The notes beneath the pieces were generated by a model that made no database searches, was not told where the DNA came from, and saw only the letters and a list, made by a program, of their open reading frames with translations. A stretch of DNA of 41,955 bases from Planctomycetota bacterium (GTDB lineage Bacteria > Planctomycetota > GCA-002687715 > DRQF01). The stretch spans positions 1 to 41,955 of the forward strand of contig JAZGFI010000084.1 in assembly GCA_036479435.1 (NCBI GenBank). Reading direction: 5' to 3'. Positions 30,042 to 39,465 of this stretch are shown here, one piece after another. The stretch's first letter is position 1. Each line of letters opens with the position of its first letter. The translations under genes and the position numbers were made by a program.

Positions 30042-30235
30042 TATGAATCTGTAGTGCCGCGACTGAAGACGAAGAACGTCGCGCCAAGACAGAGGCTTGA
30101 CACTCCCAGTACGACGTACACGAGATTGCCGCTGATCAGACCCAAGGTGCTCCATGTCACGCCCCCGAATACGAAACCAATTGTGGCGATACTGTAAAAG
30201 AAATTCGTCATGTTTGTGTTTTCCGTTGAGTCCAT
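30041..30235 (-). CDS. Small two-TM membrane protein or fragment
   Basis: Two hydrophobic segments in a 64-aa ORF. Confidence 0.4.
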   Translation of the reverse strand: MDSTENTNMTNFFYSIATIGFVFGGVTWSTLGLISGNLVYVVLGVSSLCLGATFFVFSRGTTDS

Positions 30236-30266
30236 CCCGAGAGTTCGATGCCAAATTCGATCCCGC

Positions 30267-30824
30267 TCACCTTGTCAGCCCATCGCTTTGTAATGCAGAG
30301 CACTGCTCCGAAACTTCGAGGCATGCCACATCGTCGCCTCCGTCATAGGCCTTGACAAACTCGCTTTTCTGTAGTGTGTTTGTCTCTGGCGGCTGGCTGG
30401 AGTCGACCATCTTCAGCAAGATCAGGTCATCATCGGTAGCATCAACCACGAGCATGATGTGCCACTTTTCTCCTCCGAGCGGCTTGTTGGCAATTGAGAC
30501 GAGAACCGGCTACCGGCTGGCGAGGCGCTTCTCGACAAACGCGAGCTTGTCGGCTCCCTTTCCGGACGCAAATCCGACACGCCGAAAGTCAAGGCACGGG
30601 CATTTCTTGCGGATTTTGGCGGCCATCGATACGAAGTTATTTCTCGGTTGCCCGCTAGGCTTCAGGCTTTGGTTGAGATCGAGATCATTTTGGAACGACG
30701 GAAAGTCGACGCCCCCGGCGCCCACCGCCCGGAGGATCATCTTGTCTCCCGTGGGGATGCAGCTCGACTGAGGTCGGCGTTGATGTACCGCGTACTTCTG
30801 CCAATCAGGAAAGACGGAATTCAT
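30267..30824 (-). pseudogene. C39/papain-like peptidase-like protein with in-frame TAG at 30510-30512
   Basis: HQRRPQSSCIPTG (Q/C) and, in the same frame after the stop, PVLVSI..WHIMLVV; AGGAG RBS. Confidence 0.5.
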
Positions 30825-30869
30825 CGTTGGCTCCTGCCTATTCTACTGCGGGTGGATCTTCATGCATAA

Positions 30870-30901
30870 GGTGGCCGTCCGTTTGCATCAGCTTGTTAGG
30901 C
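30870..30901 (-). repeat. Left half of an attC site
   Basis: R'' GCCTAAC (contains the ORF stop) followed by AAGCTGATGCAAACGGACGGCC; the matching right arm is missing. Confidence 0.6.
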
Positions 30902-31300
30902 GGCACCTTCCCAAAGTGTAAGAATAACACCCATTGAGTTCTCGGCGAGGAAGTCGCCAAAGCTAATCCAGTCATAGTGAACATGATAGGAAACGCCTGA
31001 GGCAGTCGAATCGGACTCGGTAGGTAGGTTGCTTGCCAAGTTGCTCAGGAAGTCGTCGTCGCCGTTGACCACAAGGCAGCTGGCCCGCACCGAGATCATG
31101 TTGGCCTTGGTTCTCCCGATCTCGAGGTGAGAGAGAACGGACTCGTAAGGAGCGGGGTCAAATTCAATGGCCGCCTTGCACAGCATCCGAACTTCCGCTC
31201 CATCTAGCAGCGCGAGAATCCTCCGTCGAAGAGCGAGCCAATCGCTGGCATCGCCCTCGATATTGGCGTCCTCATTGGTCGTATGTGAGATACGAAGCAT
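30896..31300 (-). CDS. Hypothetical acidic protein (cassette gene)
   Basis: 134-aa ORF between R' GTTAGAC (31312-31318) and R'' GCCTAAC. Confidence 0.7.
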   Translation of the reverse strand: MLRISHTTNEDANIEGDASDWLALRRRILALLDGAEVRMLCKAAIEFDPAPYESVLSHLEIGRTKANMISVRASCLVVNGDDDFLSNLASNLPTESDSTASGVSYHVHYDWISFGDFLAENSMGVILTLWEGAA

Positions 31301-31324
31301 CGGCCTTGTTCGTCTAACAGGGTT

Positions 31325-32591
31325 GAGTGTGGCTCCTCTGCGACGACACTTATGTCCTTACTAAACATGGATTTAGGTCTTTTTCGGGTTAGGAAATTTG
31401 GGCCATCCTTGATAGCTATGCGATGAAAACTGCAATAGGTCGGCACGGAGACCCCAAATGTCAACTGAACCATCATACCCTGTAACGGCATTCGGTTCAT
31501 CCCACGCTTTGTTCGAGACCCTTACTACGCGGCTGTGTTCCCGGGAAACAGCGTCGATGTCGCACAGCGATCTGGAAGACTTGGTCCGCGAGGACGGAAA
31601 CGCGATTCTTCGCGAACTGCTTCAGGATCACTTGAATCTTCGTTCGGCCAAAGAGGAACGGCAATCATCGGTAGAAGGCTCCGACGGTGTCAGGCGTACG
31701 CACGTCCGTTGGCGGAGCCGAGTGCTCAATACCGTGTTTGGGAAGGTGAAGATCCAACGCTTGGCCTACAGTCGTCGGGATACTTCGAGCCTGTGTCCGA
31801 TGGATGCAGAACTGAATCTTCCTGTGACTCAATACTCCGATGGCTTGAGACGATGCATGGCGGAGGAGTCGTCGCGAGGTTCGTTCGACGAGGCGGTGCC
31901 GAACCACGGCGACGACGGTGCCAAAGCGGCAAGCTGAAGGACTGGCGTCGATGGCGGCGGGAGACTTCGACGCGTTCTATGCGCAACCTAAGGTGGATGC
32001 TCTGGAGACGACGCTGGGTCCGTTGATCCTGACGGTGGATGGAAAGGGAATCATCATGCGCCGACAAGACCTTTCGCCGGAGACCAAAAAGGCGGCGGAT
32101 CGTATCGCGAAACAACGGCGTTGGAAGCCTCGAAGCGAAGAAGACGGGGGTTGGCGGCGCATGGCAACCGTCGCCTCGGTGTACTCGGTGGCCCGCCATG
32201 TGCGGACGCCCGAGGATGTCATGGCTGAGTTACGCGGCGGAACGACGGTGGCAACGAAACCGAAGCGCTCGTTGGCAGAAAACAAGCGCGTCTGTGTGAG
32301 CATTGCAAAGCCAGCGAAGTTGGCGATCGAAGATGTCTTCGAAGAAGCTCGTCGGCGCGATCCCGGCCTTGGGCGGAAGTGGGTCGTGCTTGTCGACGGA
32401 AACGAAAAACAGATCGAATGGATTTTGGAGGCGGCGAAGAGCCAGGGAGTCGAAGTCACGATGGTCCTCGACTTCATTCACGTGCTGCAATATTTGTGGA
32501 AAGCTGGCAACGCTCTTTGCGGAACCGGAACGTCGGATGCAGAGAAGTGGGTGTGCCACCGGGCCACGCTCGTCGCAAAGGAGCCACACCC
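31325..32591 (+). mobile_element. ISKra4-family element, internally deleted
   Basis: IRL GAGTGTGGCTCCTCTGCGACGA (31325-31346) and IRR TCGTCGCAAAGGAGCCACACCC (32570-32591), 20/22 match. Confidence 0.8.
31458..32570 (+). pseudogene. ISKra4 transposase, frameshifted near 31910 and missing the C-terminus
   Basis: RELLQDHL, TVFGKV..RLAY, PMDAELNLP, SFDEAV; then LTVDGKGIIMR, RMATVASVY, WVVLVDG, LDFIHVLQYLWKA; homology stops at the IRR. Confidence 0.82.
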
Positions 32592-32649
32592 TTCTCCTGT
32601 AGTGTCTTGGCCGCGGCGTTCATGATTCCGCATCCGGACCGGAATAGCT

Positions 32650-33290
32650 TAGGTCGCTGATTGGCGTAGTAAACTTCAAGCTTAGTGCAAAAGCAGCAAA
32701 GCCAATGCGTTTGCCCCGTAATTCTCCAGCTGGTTTCGTCGCAGTAACGCATCGAAGCCCGATCGACGACAGACATTGTGAATGTCGTCATACTCGCTCT
32801 GGAAAAGACCTGCGAGGCGTTGCCAGGACTTGACCAGCGCGCCTCCCGTTATCGCGAAGCCGTGTTGCTGCTTGAGAAGAAGCTCAACAATTCGAGAAAC
32901 CGTGATCCCGTGCAGGTAGTGCTGGACCGCCGTCAGGTTCACGACCTTCAAGCCAATGTGGTCCCCAGGCATCGCGTCGGTAACCGCTGACTCGACTCGC
33001 TTTCTGCCGCCGCCGCAGTACTGCCTAATTTCATTGAGCACCGTCTCCGGTCTTTCAAGGACGATATCTTCAATGAAACGTTCGCGATAGCTCGGCTTGT
33101 CCTCAGCTGTCCGGCAAGCCTTGAACTTTCCTTCGCAGTGAGGACAGCACTTTGCCGTGTGGACTTCTTTTTGGTCCCAAGTTTCAGGCTTTTTCCGAGT
33201 CACTCCAACGTGACCGCCTTTGCGACCTGGGGACTTTTTGCATTTGCAAGAAAGGGCCTTTTTGTAGGCAGGCTGCTGGCCGGAAGGGTT
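32650..33290 (-). pseudogene. IS66-family transposase internal fragment
   Basis: PGRKGGHVGVTR, CPHC, and a frameshifted DETSWR..HWL segment. Confidence 0.7.
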
Positions 33291-33529
33291 CGCGAAGACG
33301 GCCACAGGGAATTCGTTCGGGGCGTCGGTGGCCCATTCGACAACGCATGGCGGACTCAACAAGGGATCTACATGGCCGAAAGACCGATTCTCAAGCCTTC
33401 ACCGGGGGTGCACCGGCGCGGGATTGGCCAGACCCGAATGGGGCTACGGTTGCTGTGCTCTGAGTCTGCGAGAGTGCGGAGTTTTCGAGAAAGTAGGGGA
33501 CGCCCGAGCATCTCGCGCACCATACCAGC

Positions 33530-36500
33530 ATGACCAGATCTACCGACAAGTTCGACGCCGCCGAGATCTCGCTTCGGAGTGAACAACTTCGGTCGCTCGT
33601 GAGGTCGCTTGTTCGCGACCCAGAACGAGCTGCAGAGGTAGAACAAGAAGTCTGGTTGAGCGCTTTGCAAGGGCCTCTAAATCGGATCCAGTCCTGGCGG
33701 GCTTGGTGCCGCGCGGCGGCGCTCAATTTCCTGAGGGGCAGCGCACGACGGTCTGCAAGTCGCGAACTTGCGCCTCTTACGAGCGAGGTTGTCTCGAATG
33801 CCGGCACTCCCGAGCAAGTCGCTGAGCATTTGCAGGTCTTGCAAAACCTCAATGACTCACTGCGGAAGTTGAAGGAACCCTACAAGTCAGCCCTTGTGCT
33901 GCGCTTTCTCTCCGAGATGGAGCCTCGCGACATTGCTGAAATGATCGGCGTGCCTGCTTCTACGGTGAGGAGTCGAATCGCGCGTGGTCTCGATCAGCTA
34001 AGAGCCGAGTTGGATCGACGTTCGGACGGAACAAAATCTGCCTGGGCAGTTTCTTTGCTGGGTTTGTTGGGACCGCCAGCTCCGAAACCCTCAACCGCGG
34101 TATTCGATCTCATCGCTTCGGTGACGGCGTCGAGTCGCGTTGCCATGTTCACCCTCGGGGGTCTTTATGTGAAGAAGTTAGTTGTCCTGGTCGCCATTCT
34201 TGGCGCCATCGTCGCGGCCTTGAGCTTGTTGGACGTTGGTGATGGAGACGCAACAATGGAGCCGACGGTCGCTGAAGCCACCGAGGAGGTTTCTGGCCCA
34301 AGAAGAAGGGGGAAGACCGATTTCGCTTTCGCTGGTGACCTGGTCGGGCTTGCCCCGGACAGCGGGGAGGCCAGGGGTCATTTGCCAGAAAGCTCGGTGA
34401 CTCTTCGTGGATTGGTCATGAATCTGAGTCGCGAGCCGATCGGCGGTGCTCAGGTCATCCTTCGCCCTCATCGCTCCGATGCGACAGGGGCCATTGCGCT
34501 TAATTTGGATGAAAGATCACGGGCCGACCGTCGAGAAGTCGGGTCGAAGTCCGTTGCCGATGGGAGCTTCGCGCTCAAGGTTGGAGATCATGGACGTTTT
34601 GAATGTTTCTGCCATGCCCAGGGCTATCGGCCCCTTTGGAAGACGATCTTCATCGGTCCGAATGGGCCTGAGAGCTCGTGGCTTGAGATGAAGCTCGAGC
34701 CGCTGCAGAAAATGGTCTGCGTCGTCCTTGATGAGGGAGGTGTGCCGGTTGACGGAGCTCCCGTTCGCGTATGGCTTGACAGCAAAAAAGACTGGGAGAA
34801 GGCGCCCCGCTACCTCGAGTATCGCGCAATTACGAGCGCGTCAGGAACTTTCGAGGTTGAGAAGTTTCCCCGATCAGCCCTACGGCGTGATTCACCTGCT
34901 GGCGTCATCGTCCAGGTCGAGCATCCCTCTTTCGCCCATCTCCAATTCAAGAGCCTCGAGAAGCTTCCGCGTGACGAGGCGGGTCGGACGATTCTTCGGC
35001 TTGAGCGCGGTAGGAATGCTCGTATTCGCTTCCGCGAATTTGGATCCGGCAAACCAGTGCCGGGCCTCGAGTTCAAGTTGAACTCGGTCTTCGGGACTTG
35101 GAGTAAGACGGCAAGAGCGGGTGAAGATGGGGTCGCCGAGCTCTCTAAAATCTCTACAGCTTCGATATTCGAGATGGTGTTGCTTTCGAAGGACTGGACT
35201 CTATCTGGCGTGAAGGGGGAATCAGGTACATCCCGACGAATTTTCCGCGTAAGCGATCGCGAGGAGGCAGAGTTCGAGGTTGACTTGGGCCCATCATTGG
35301 TGGCCAAGGGGCTACTCATTGACGCCTCGGATGGACGACCCCTTGAAGGAGTTGTCCTTCGCGCCGACTTGGCCGGTGCTCATGACCCGAGCCTCTTGCG
35401 TGTTCGATCATCATCTTGTGTTACGAGCGTCGGAGGCGAATTCGAGCTTACGGGGTTGAGCGCCGAACTAACGACATTCTCGATCGAATCGGGGAAATGG
35501 GCGATGGTTGGCGTCGACGGTGGCCGCGAGCCGAGCAAGACTCTGAAACTCGATCGCGACAATTGCCGTGGCATACGCATTCTGGCCCGTCCTGCAGCCA
35601 CAATTCACGGAGTTGTGCGAAGCCCGAAGGGGCACCCACTATCCGGGGCTAGGGTGAGCTTGGTTGGATGTGAAGCTCGAGACAGCTCGCCTCGTGATCG
35701 CCGCTGGGGCGTTGGCTCGACGGATGCCGACGGGCGATACACACTCGATGGTCTCTCGGTGGGAGAAAATATCCGGTTGATCGCCGAGCATCCGGTATTT
35801 GCGCCTTCCAGCCAAACGTTGACTCTATCGTACGGCGACAAAATGAGACAGGTGGACTTCACCTTGACGCAGGGAGCAAGTCTTGAGTTGAGAGTGATCG
35901 ACGCCAGCGGTTCGCCCCTAAAGGATGTTCGAGTTGAAGTTGGCATCGGCGACGTGGCCGCGAATGCCATCTTGAATGCAAACGAAACGCCGACCAGGTC
36001 AGCACTGTCTTCGCGAGACGGTGCTGTCCGTTTTGAGCGACTGGCTCTTGGCTCAGCTCTCGTCGTTTTGCGTGATGACTGCTTGGACGGCGAGCGCTTC
36101 CTGAGGCTTCATAGGCGGGTCAAACTTAGCGAAGGAAAGCAGAGCGTCGTCATCAAGGTTGACAATGTGAACCTCATTCGAGGACTCGCCCGGCACCGTA
36201 GTGGCCATGTGATCGCTAACGCGCGGATCAGGTTTGGACTGCCAACCGGCAGCACGAGAGCGGAGGAAATCGTCGTGAAGACTGATGCGAACGGATGTTT
36301 CGCCTTCGAGGCGAGGAAGGCGGCGAAAGCGCTGCGAATCAAAGAGAACGTGAAATCACTCTCACAGCGTCTCGGTGGCTATGCGCGAGAGGGTGAGGCT
36401 GGCTGGTTTTACGACCTCCTCGGCGCCCAGGTTTGGGAAATGAAACACCCGAGTCGGATCACCGCATCGGACAGGATTCCCCTTGTTGTCATCGAGCCTC

Positions 36501-36553
36501 CTCGGATTCACCCGCGAAAGAGAATTTGGGAGTTTGTCTTTGACGACCGCTAA
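33530..36553 (+). CDS. ECF sigma-70 factor fused via a TM helix to carboxypeptidase-regulatory-like beta-sandwich repeats
   Basis: Sigma regions (AEVEQEVWLSAL; EPRDIAEMIGVPASTVRSRIARGL), TM LVVLVAILGAIVAALSLL, repeated G.V....G.P..GA.V units. Confidence 0.8.
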   Translation: MTRSTDKFDAAEISLRSEQLRSLVRSLVRDPERAAEVEQEVWLSALQGPLNRIQSWRAWCRAAALNFLRGSARRSASRELAPLTSEVVSNAGTPEQVAEHLQVLQNLNDSLRKLKEPYKSALVLRFLSEMEPRDIAEMIGVPASTVRSRIARGLDQLRAELDRRSDGTKSAWAVSLLGLLGPPAPKPSTAVFDLIASVTASSRVAMFTLGGLYVKKLVVLVAILGAIVAALSLLDVGDGDATMEPTVAEATEEVSGPRRRGKTDFAFAGDLVGLAPDSGEARGHLPESSVTLRGLVMNLSREPIGGAQVILRPHRSDATGAIALNLDERSRADRREVGSKSVADGSFALKVGDHGRFECFCHAQGYRPLWKTIFIGPNGPESSWLEMKLEPLQKMVCVVLDEGGVPVDGAPVRVWLDSKKDWEKAPRYLEYRAITSASGTFEVEKFPRSALRRDSPAGVIVQVEHPSFAHLQFKSLEKLPRDEAGRTILRLERGRNARIRFREFGSGKPVPGLEFKLNSVFGTWSKTARAGEDGVAELSKISTASIFEMVLLSKDWTLSGVKGESGTSRRIFRVSDREEAEFEVDLGPSLVAKGLLIDASDGRPLEGVVLRADLAGAHDPSLLRVRSSSCVTSVGGEFELTGLSAELTTFSIESGKWAMVGVDGGREPSKTLKLDRDNCRGIRILARPAATIHGVVRSPKGHPLSGARVSLVGCEARDSSPRDRRWGVGSTDADGRYTLDGLSVGENIRLIAEHPVFAPSSQTLTLSYGDKMRQVDFTLTQGASLELRVIDASGSPLKDVRVEVGIGDVAANAILNANETPTRSALSSRDGAVRFERLALGSALVVLRDDCLDGERFLRLHRRVKLSEGKQSVVIKVDNVNLIRGLARHRSGHVIANARIRFGLPTGSTRAEEIVVKTDANGCFAFEARKAAKALRIKENVKSLSQRLGGYAREGEAGWFYDLLGAQVWEMKHPSRITASDRIPLVVIEPPRIHPRKRIWEFVFDDR

Positions 36554-36586
36554 GCCGTGCACGACTTTTACAAGGAATTGTGATTC

Positions 36587-37088
36587 CAATGCCATTAACT
36601 TAACGCCAAGTCCAAGACCTGGCCGATCGCGCCTCGCAGCTCGCCCTCACTCCCGATTGTTAGAATCGGAAGTTGAAGAAGTGCCATCGCGATCCCCGTG
36701 CCGTACAATCCAAACTACGGCGCTATTTTGACAACCCCCCCCCCCGCCTACGTTGAAGACAAAAGTGGCGGTGAATCTCGTCATGAATTCAGTCGGACTG
36801 GGCCCTCCTCACCAAGGCTTTCTTTCGGCATCTTGCTCTACCCAATCGCCGACTCTGGACACCAAGGTTACAAGTACTTGCTCGATGAGTTTTGGGATGA
36901 GTGCGAAGACTTCGGGCTTGGTCTTCCCGACCGGGCAAGCTGTTTTAGCGGCGTCTTGCAAGGCGCGCAGAAAGCTCAGCCGGAGGTCGTCCGAACGCTG
37001 CTCCACGAAGTCGTTGACGGCTTTCAAAAGACACAGAGATCGTCCTATCAGTGGAACGGGAGGCGCGTTCTATCTTGCGATGGGTCGT
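36587..37088 (+). mobile_element. Truncated, decayed IS4-family copy (left end and 5' transposase)
   Basis: IR CAATGCCATTAACTTAACGC; similar to 39466-40080 with an internal deletion of about 100 bp and frameshifts. Confidence 0.8.
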
Positions 37089-37169
37089 TCAGCGGAGCGA
37101 CTCGTCGCAAGACGCGTTCGGAGGCTCAAAGAGCGCGGCGATAAATCGCCAGATTGCCTCCGTTGATGT

Positions 37170-37219
37170 TGGTTGCTGACACGCTGCGTGCGAACCTCGT
37201 GTTGGCCGACATCACTCAT
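37170..37219 (-). pseudogene. Possible 5' remnant of type I restriction subunit HsdR
   Basis: MSDVGQHEVRTQRV overlapping the stop of the AlbA-domain gene; resembles HsdR N-termini, but is very short. Confidence 0.35.
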
Positions 37220-38591
37220 GGCCGTCCTCCAAAACTTCCCAGTGTCCACCCTTGTCGGATCCCACGCGGCGTAGCGCCCCCGCGGCCTTGAGCTTGCTGA
37301 GCTGCCACTCGATACCCTTGGCGGTTATGCCGATTTCCTCTGCGAGTTCCTTCGTCGTCAAGGACGGCTGCAGCCTGATCAAACGAAGGACCTTCTCCCT
37401 AGTTTTCTCCCTAGTTTTCTCCCTAGTTTTCTCCCTAGTTTCTGGGATAGCCTCTCTTGGTGTTTCAGCTGTGAGGCTTGCGAGGTAGGCCGCCGAGAAC
37501 GGGAACTCGAACCACAGATCGCCCGGCTCCACTCGGATACGGGGTTTTGGCGTACCGGCCTCATTGCAGGCTTCGAAAACTCGCTGGATCCCGCGCCCCC
37601 ACGCTTCGATTTCGCCAGCTCGGAAAAAGACATTCGCCACGGAAGGATTGAACGGCTTGGAAGGGTGCCGCCCCAGCAGCTTTGCGCTCGACCAGTCGTC
37701 CGGCAGTTCGCCGGGGTTCCAGATCAACAGCCGGTCGGGATAGACCCGGATCTGGATGGGGGAGGGTACCGCGTAGTCTCGGTGGATGATGGCATTGAGC
37801 ACCGCCTCACGCAGAGCGGCGGCCGGCATGGGGAAGGACTCCACTCGCTGAATCCCCTCGTAGCTGATTGTTGCCTTCAGGTACTTGGTCAACAGGAGTT
37901 CCATGGTCTTGTCGACCTGTGTGAACAAGTCGCCCTGGATCTCGTCGTGATACCGCAGGTCGGCTTCGGTCGCGAAGTAGCCGATCTTGACCAGGGCGCC
38001 GGTGAAGAAGCGTTCCGGGTCGGGGTGAAAGAGCAGAGCCGCCGCCCGCTGTAGGAAGTCCCCTTCCACCAGGCGCAGCTTGTCGATCAGCCCGGCATCG
38101 TTATCGACGAGGGCCTCGGTGCTCAAGCGATCGCTCTTGGCCGCCTGCTCGCGGAAGCGCGCCAGCGCGTCTGCATCAAGGTCCTCCAACGACAGGCCGG
38201 GCAAGGTCACGCTGTCCCAGGTGCGGCCGTACTTGCGCAACAAAAAGCGGTCGAGGGCTGCTCCCTTGATCATCTGGTTAGTGCTACCGCTGCGGACAAA
38301 GTAGTCACCCTTGTAGCTAACCGGGCTGGGATAGGCTTCGACGCGAAGCTCCAGGAACTCCAGCCCCGCCTCCGTTCGCAAGTTGATCTCCACCAGGATG
38401 CCGAGCAGATCCCGCACCTTGTTGGGCAACTCCTCCAACAAACGATGGGCGTTCTCGATGCCAACCACCTCGCCCCGGTCATCCCGGCCAATCACGAGCA
38501 GCCCGCCCTCGGAGTTGGCGAAACCGCAGACCCACTTCAGGTACTCGTCGCGCCAAGACGCCTTCCACTCGGTGTTCTGGTCTTCGTTCAT
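37212..38591 (-). CDS. AlbA_2 (Schlafen-like) + HATPase_c_4 + HTH protein (RecG-like transcriptional regulator)
   Basis: MNEDQNTEWK.SWRDEYLKWVCGFANSEGG, ALREAVLNAIIHRDY, IWNPGELP, NPSVANVFFRAGEIEAWGRG, C-terminal HTH and RVGSDKGGHW. Confidence 0.9.
   Translation of the reverse strand: MNEDQNTEWKASWRDEYLKWVCGFANSEGGLLVIGRDDRGEVVGIENAHRLLEELPNKVRDLLGILVEINLRTEAGLEFLELRVEAYPSPVSYKGDYFVRSGSTNQMIKGAALDRFLLRKYGRTWDSVTLPGLSLEDLDADALARFREQAAKSDRLSTEALVDNDAGLIDKLRLVEGDFLQRAAALLFHPDPERFFTGALVKIGYFATEADLRYHDEIQGDLFTQVDKTMELLLTKYLKATISYEGIQRVESFPMPAAALREAVLNAIIHRDYAVPSPIQIRVYPDRLLIWNPGELPDDWSSAKLLGRHPSKPFNPSVANVFFRAGEIEAWGRGIQRVFEACNEAGTPKPRIRVEPGDLWFEFPFSAAYLASLTAETPREAIPETREKTREKTREKTREKVLRLIRLQPSLTTKELAEEIGITAKGIEWQLSKLKAAGALRRVGSDKGGHWEVLEDGHE
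37393..37440. repeat. 12-bp in-frame tandem repeat x4 (TREK)
   Basis: TTCTCCCTAGTT repeated four times, in the linker before the HTH. Confidence 0.9.
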
Positions 38592-38851
38592 GCGCTGGCC
38601 TCTGTTGGGCGCCCTTTGAATTCTTCGCGCCATTCCTTCAGGGATTCTAGGTTGTGCCGCAGCTCTGGCTCTTCGGGCAGGAAACTCGGTGTCTCCTGTG
38701 ATTGGCTGTGCTCGTAGCACGAGAACCTGGTCATTGGGTCATCGATGAGCTCTTGGTGACGCTCAAGGTTGTTGTTGATCGGTGGTAGCTCCGCAGACGA
38801 TGCACAACTCACCACGAGGAAAACGAGCGCTGCGGCGACTAGACGATTCAT
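38588..38851 (-). CDS. Small putative lipoprotein (cassette gene)
   Basis: MNRLVAAALVFLVVSC lipobox-like signal; AAGGA RBS just after R' GTTATCC. Confidence 0.6.
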   Translation of the reverse strand: MNRLVAAALVFLVVSCASSAELPPINNNLERHQELIDDPMTRFSCYEHSQSQETPSFLPEEPELRHNLESLKEWREEFKGRPTEASA

Positions 38852-38867
38852 GGGGTTTCCTTCTTTG

Positions 38868-38927
38868 GGATAACGACCTCTGCTTCTGCCACCGGCGGAT
38901 CCGGTCGACAGCAAGCAGCTGCTAGGC
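38868..38927 (-). repeat. attC site
   Basis: GCCTAGC-AGCTGCTTGCTG..ACCGG-ATCCG-CCGGT..CAGAAGCAGAGGTC-GTTATCC; palindrome with one extra base in the L'' arm. Confidence 0.8.
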
Positions 38928-38946
38928 ACCGATTGCCTACACATGC

Positions 38947-39435
38947 TCAGTTCCCTCCACCCGAATGAAGCGGAGGGGGCGCTCTATGAGGGCCGCTCGT
39001 GCCGAAGTGCCTTACTGTGATCTTCGAAAACACAACCTCGATCGTCGAGCTTGTCGACGCCAAATCCATTCGAAATAAGCCTATGTCGCCCAGGCTCACA
39101 CCTGCGTTGTCCCAAGTCGCCCTTACGCGCTCTATTGCGGGGTCCGAGTCCAAGCTCTCAGCGGCGCCGATCATCTCACCACCGGACATGCACTTGACTC
39201 CCCAGCTCATCTTGGTCTGAACATGCCAGCAGCCACCAAAAATCAACTCGACAGCTTGAGAGGTTTGGTTCTCCCAATCGCTGAGCAAATCGAGCTTCAG
39301 TATGACCTGATCCAACGACTCAGTGCGGACGAGCACGATTTCGTAGAGGACGCTATCGTGCCAGCATCGGCCGCCGAGATACGCTACGGCGTCCTTTGCT
39401 GATTCGATCTCGGTAGTCCGGTAGTCTGCATTCAT
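38947..39435 (-). CDS. Hypothetical protein (cassette gene)
   Basis: 162-aa ORF starting 20 nt after R' GTTAGGC (39456-39462); WHDSVL motif; followed by an attC. Confidence 0.7.
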   Translation of the reverse strand: MNADYRTTEIESAKDAVAYLGGRCWHDSVLYEIVLVRTESLDQVILKLDLLSDWENQTSQAVELIFGGCWHVQTKMSWGVKCMSGGEMIGAAESLDSDPAIERVRATWDNAGVSLGDIGLFRMDLASTSSTIEVVFSKITVRHFGTSGPHRAPPPLHSGGGN

Positions 39436-39465
39436 GTCTGCTATCGCCTTAGTGCGCCTAACGAG

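Noticed and set aside
36735..36745. Poly-C tract as a phase-variation switch
   Set aside because: It lies in a truncated IS4 remnant that has several other lesions.
37393..37440. CRISPR array
   Set aside because: Contiguous 12-bp units with no spacers, inside a coding frame; no repeat-spacer array seen elsewhere in the window.
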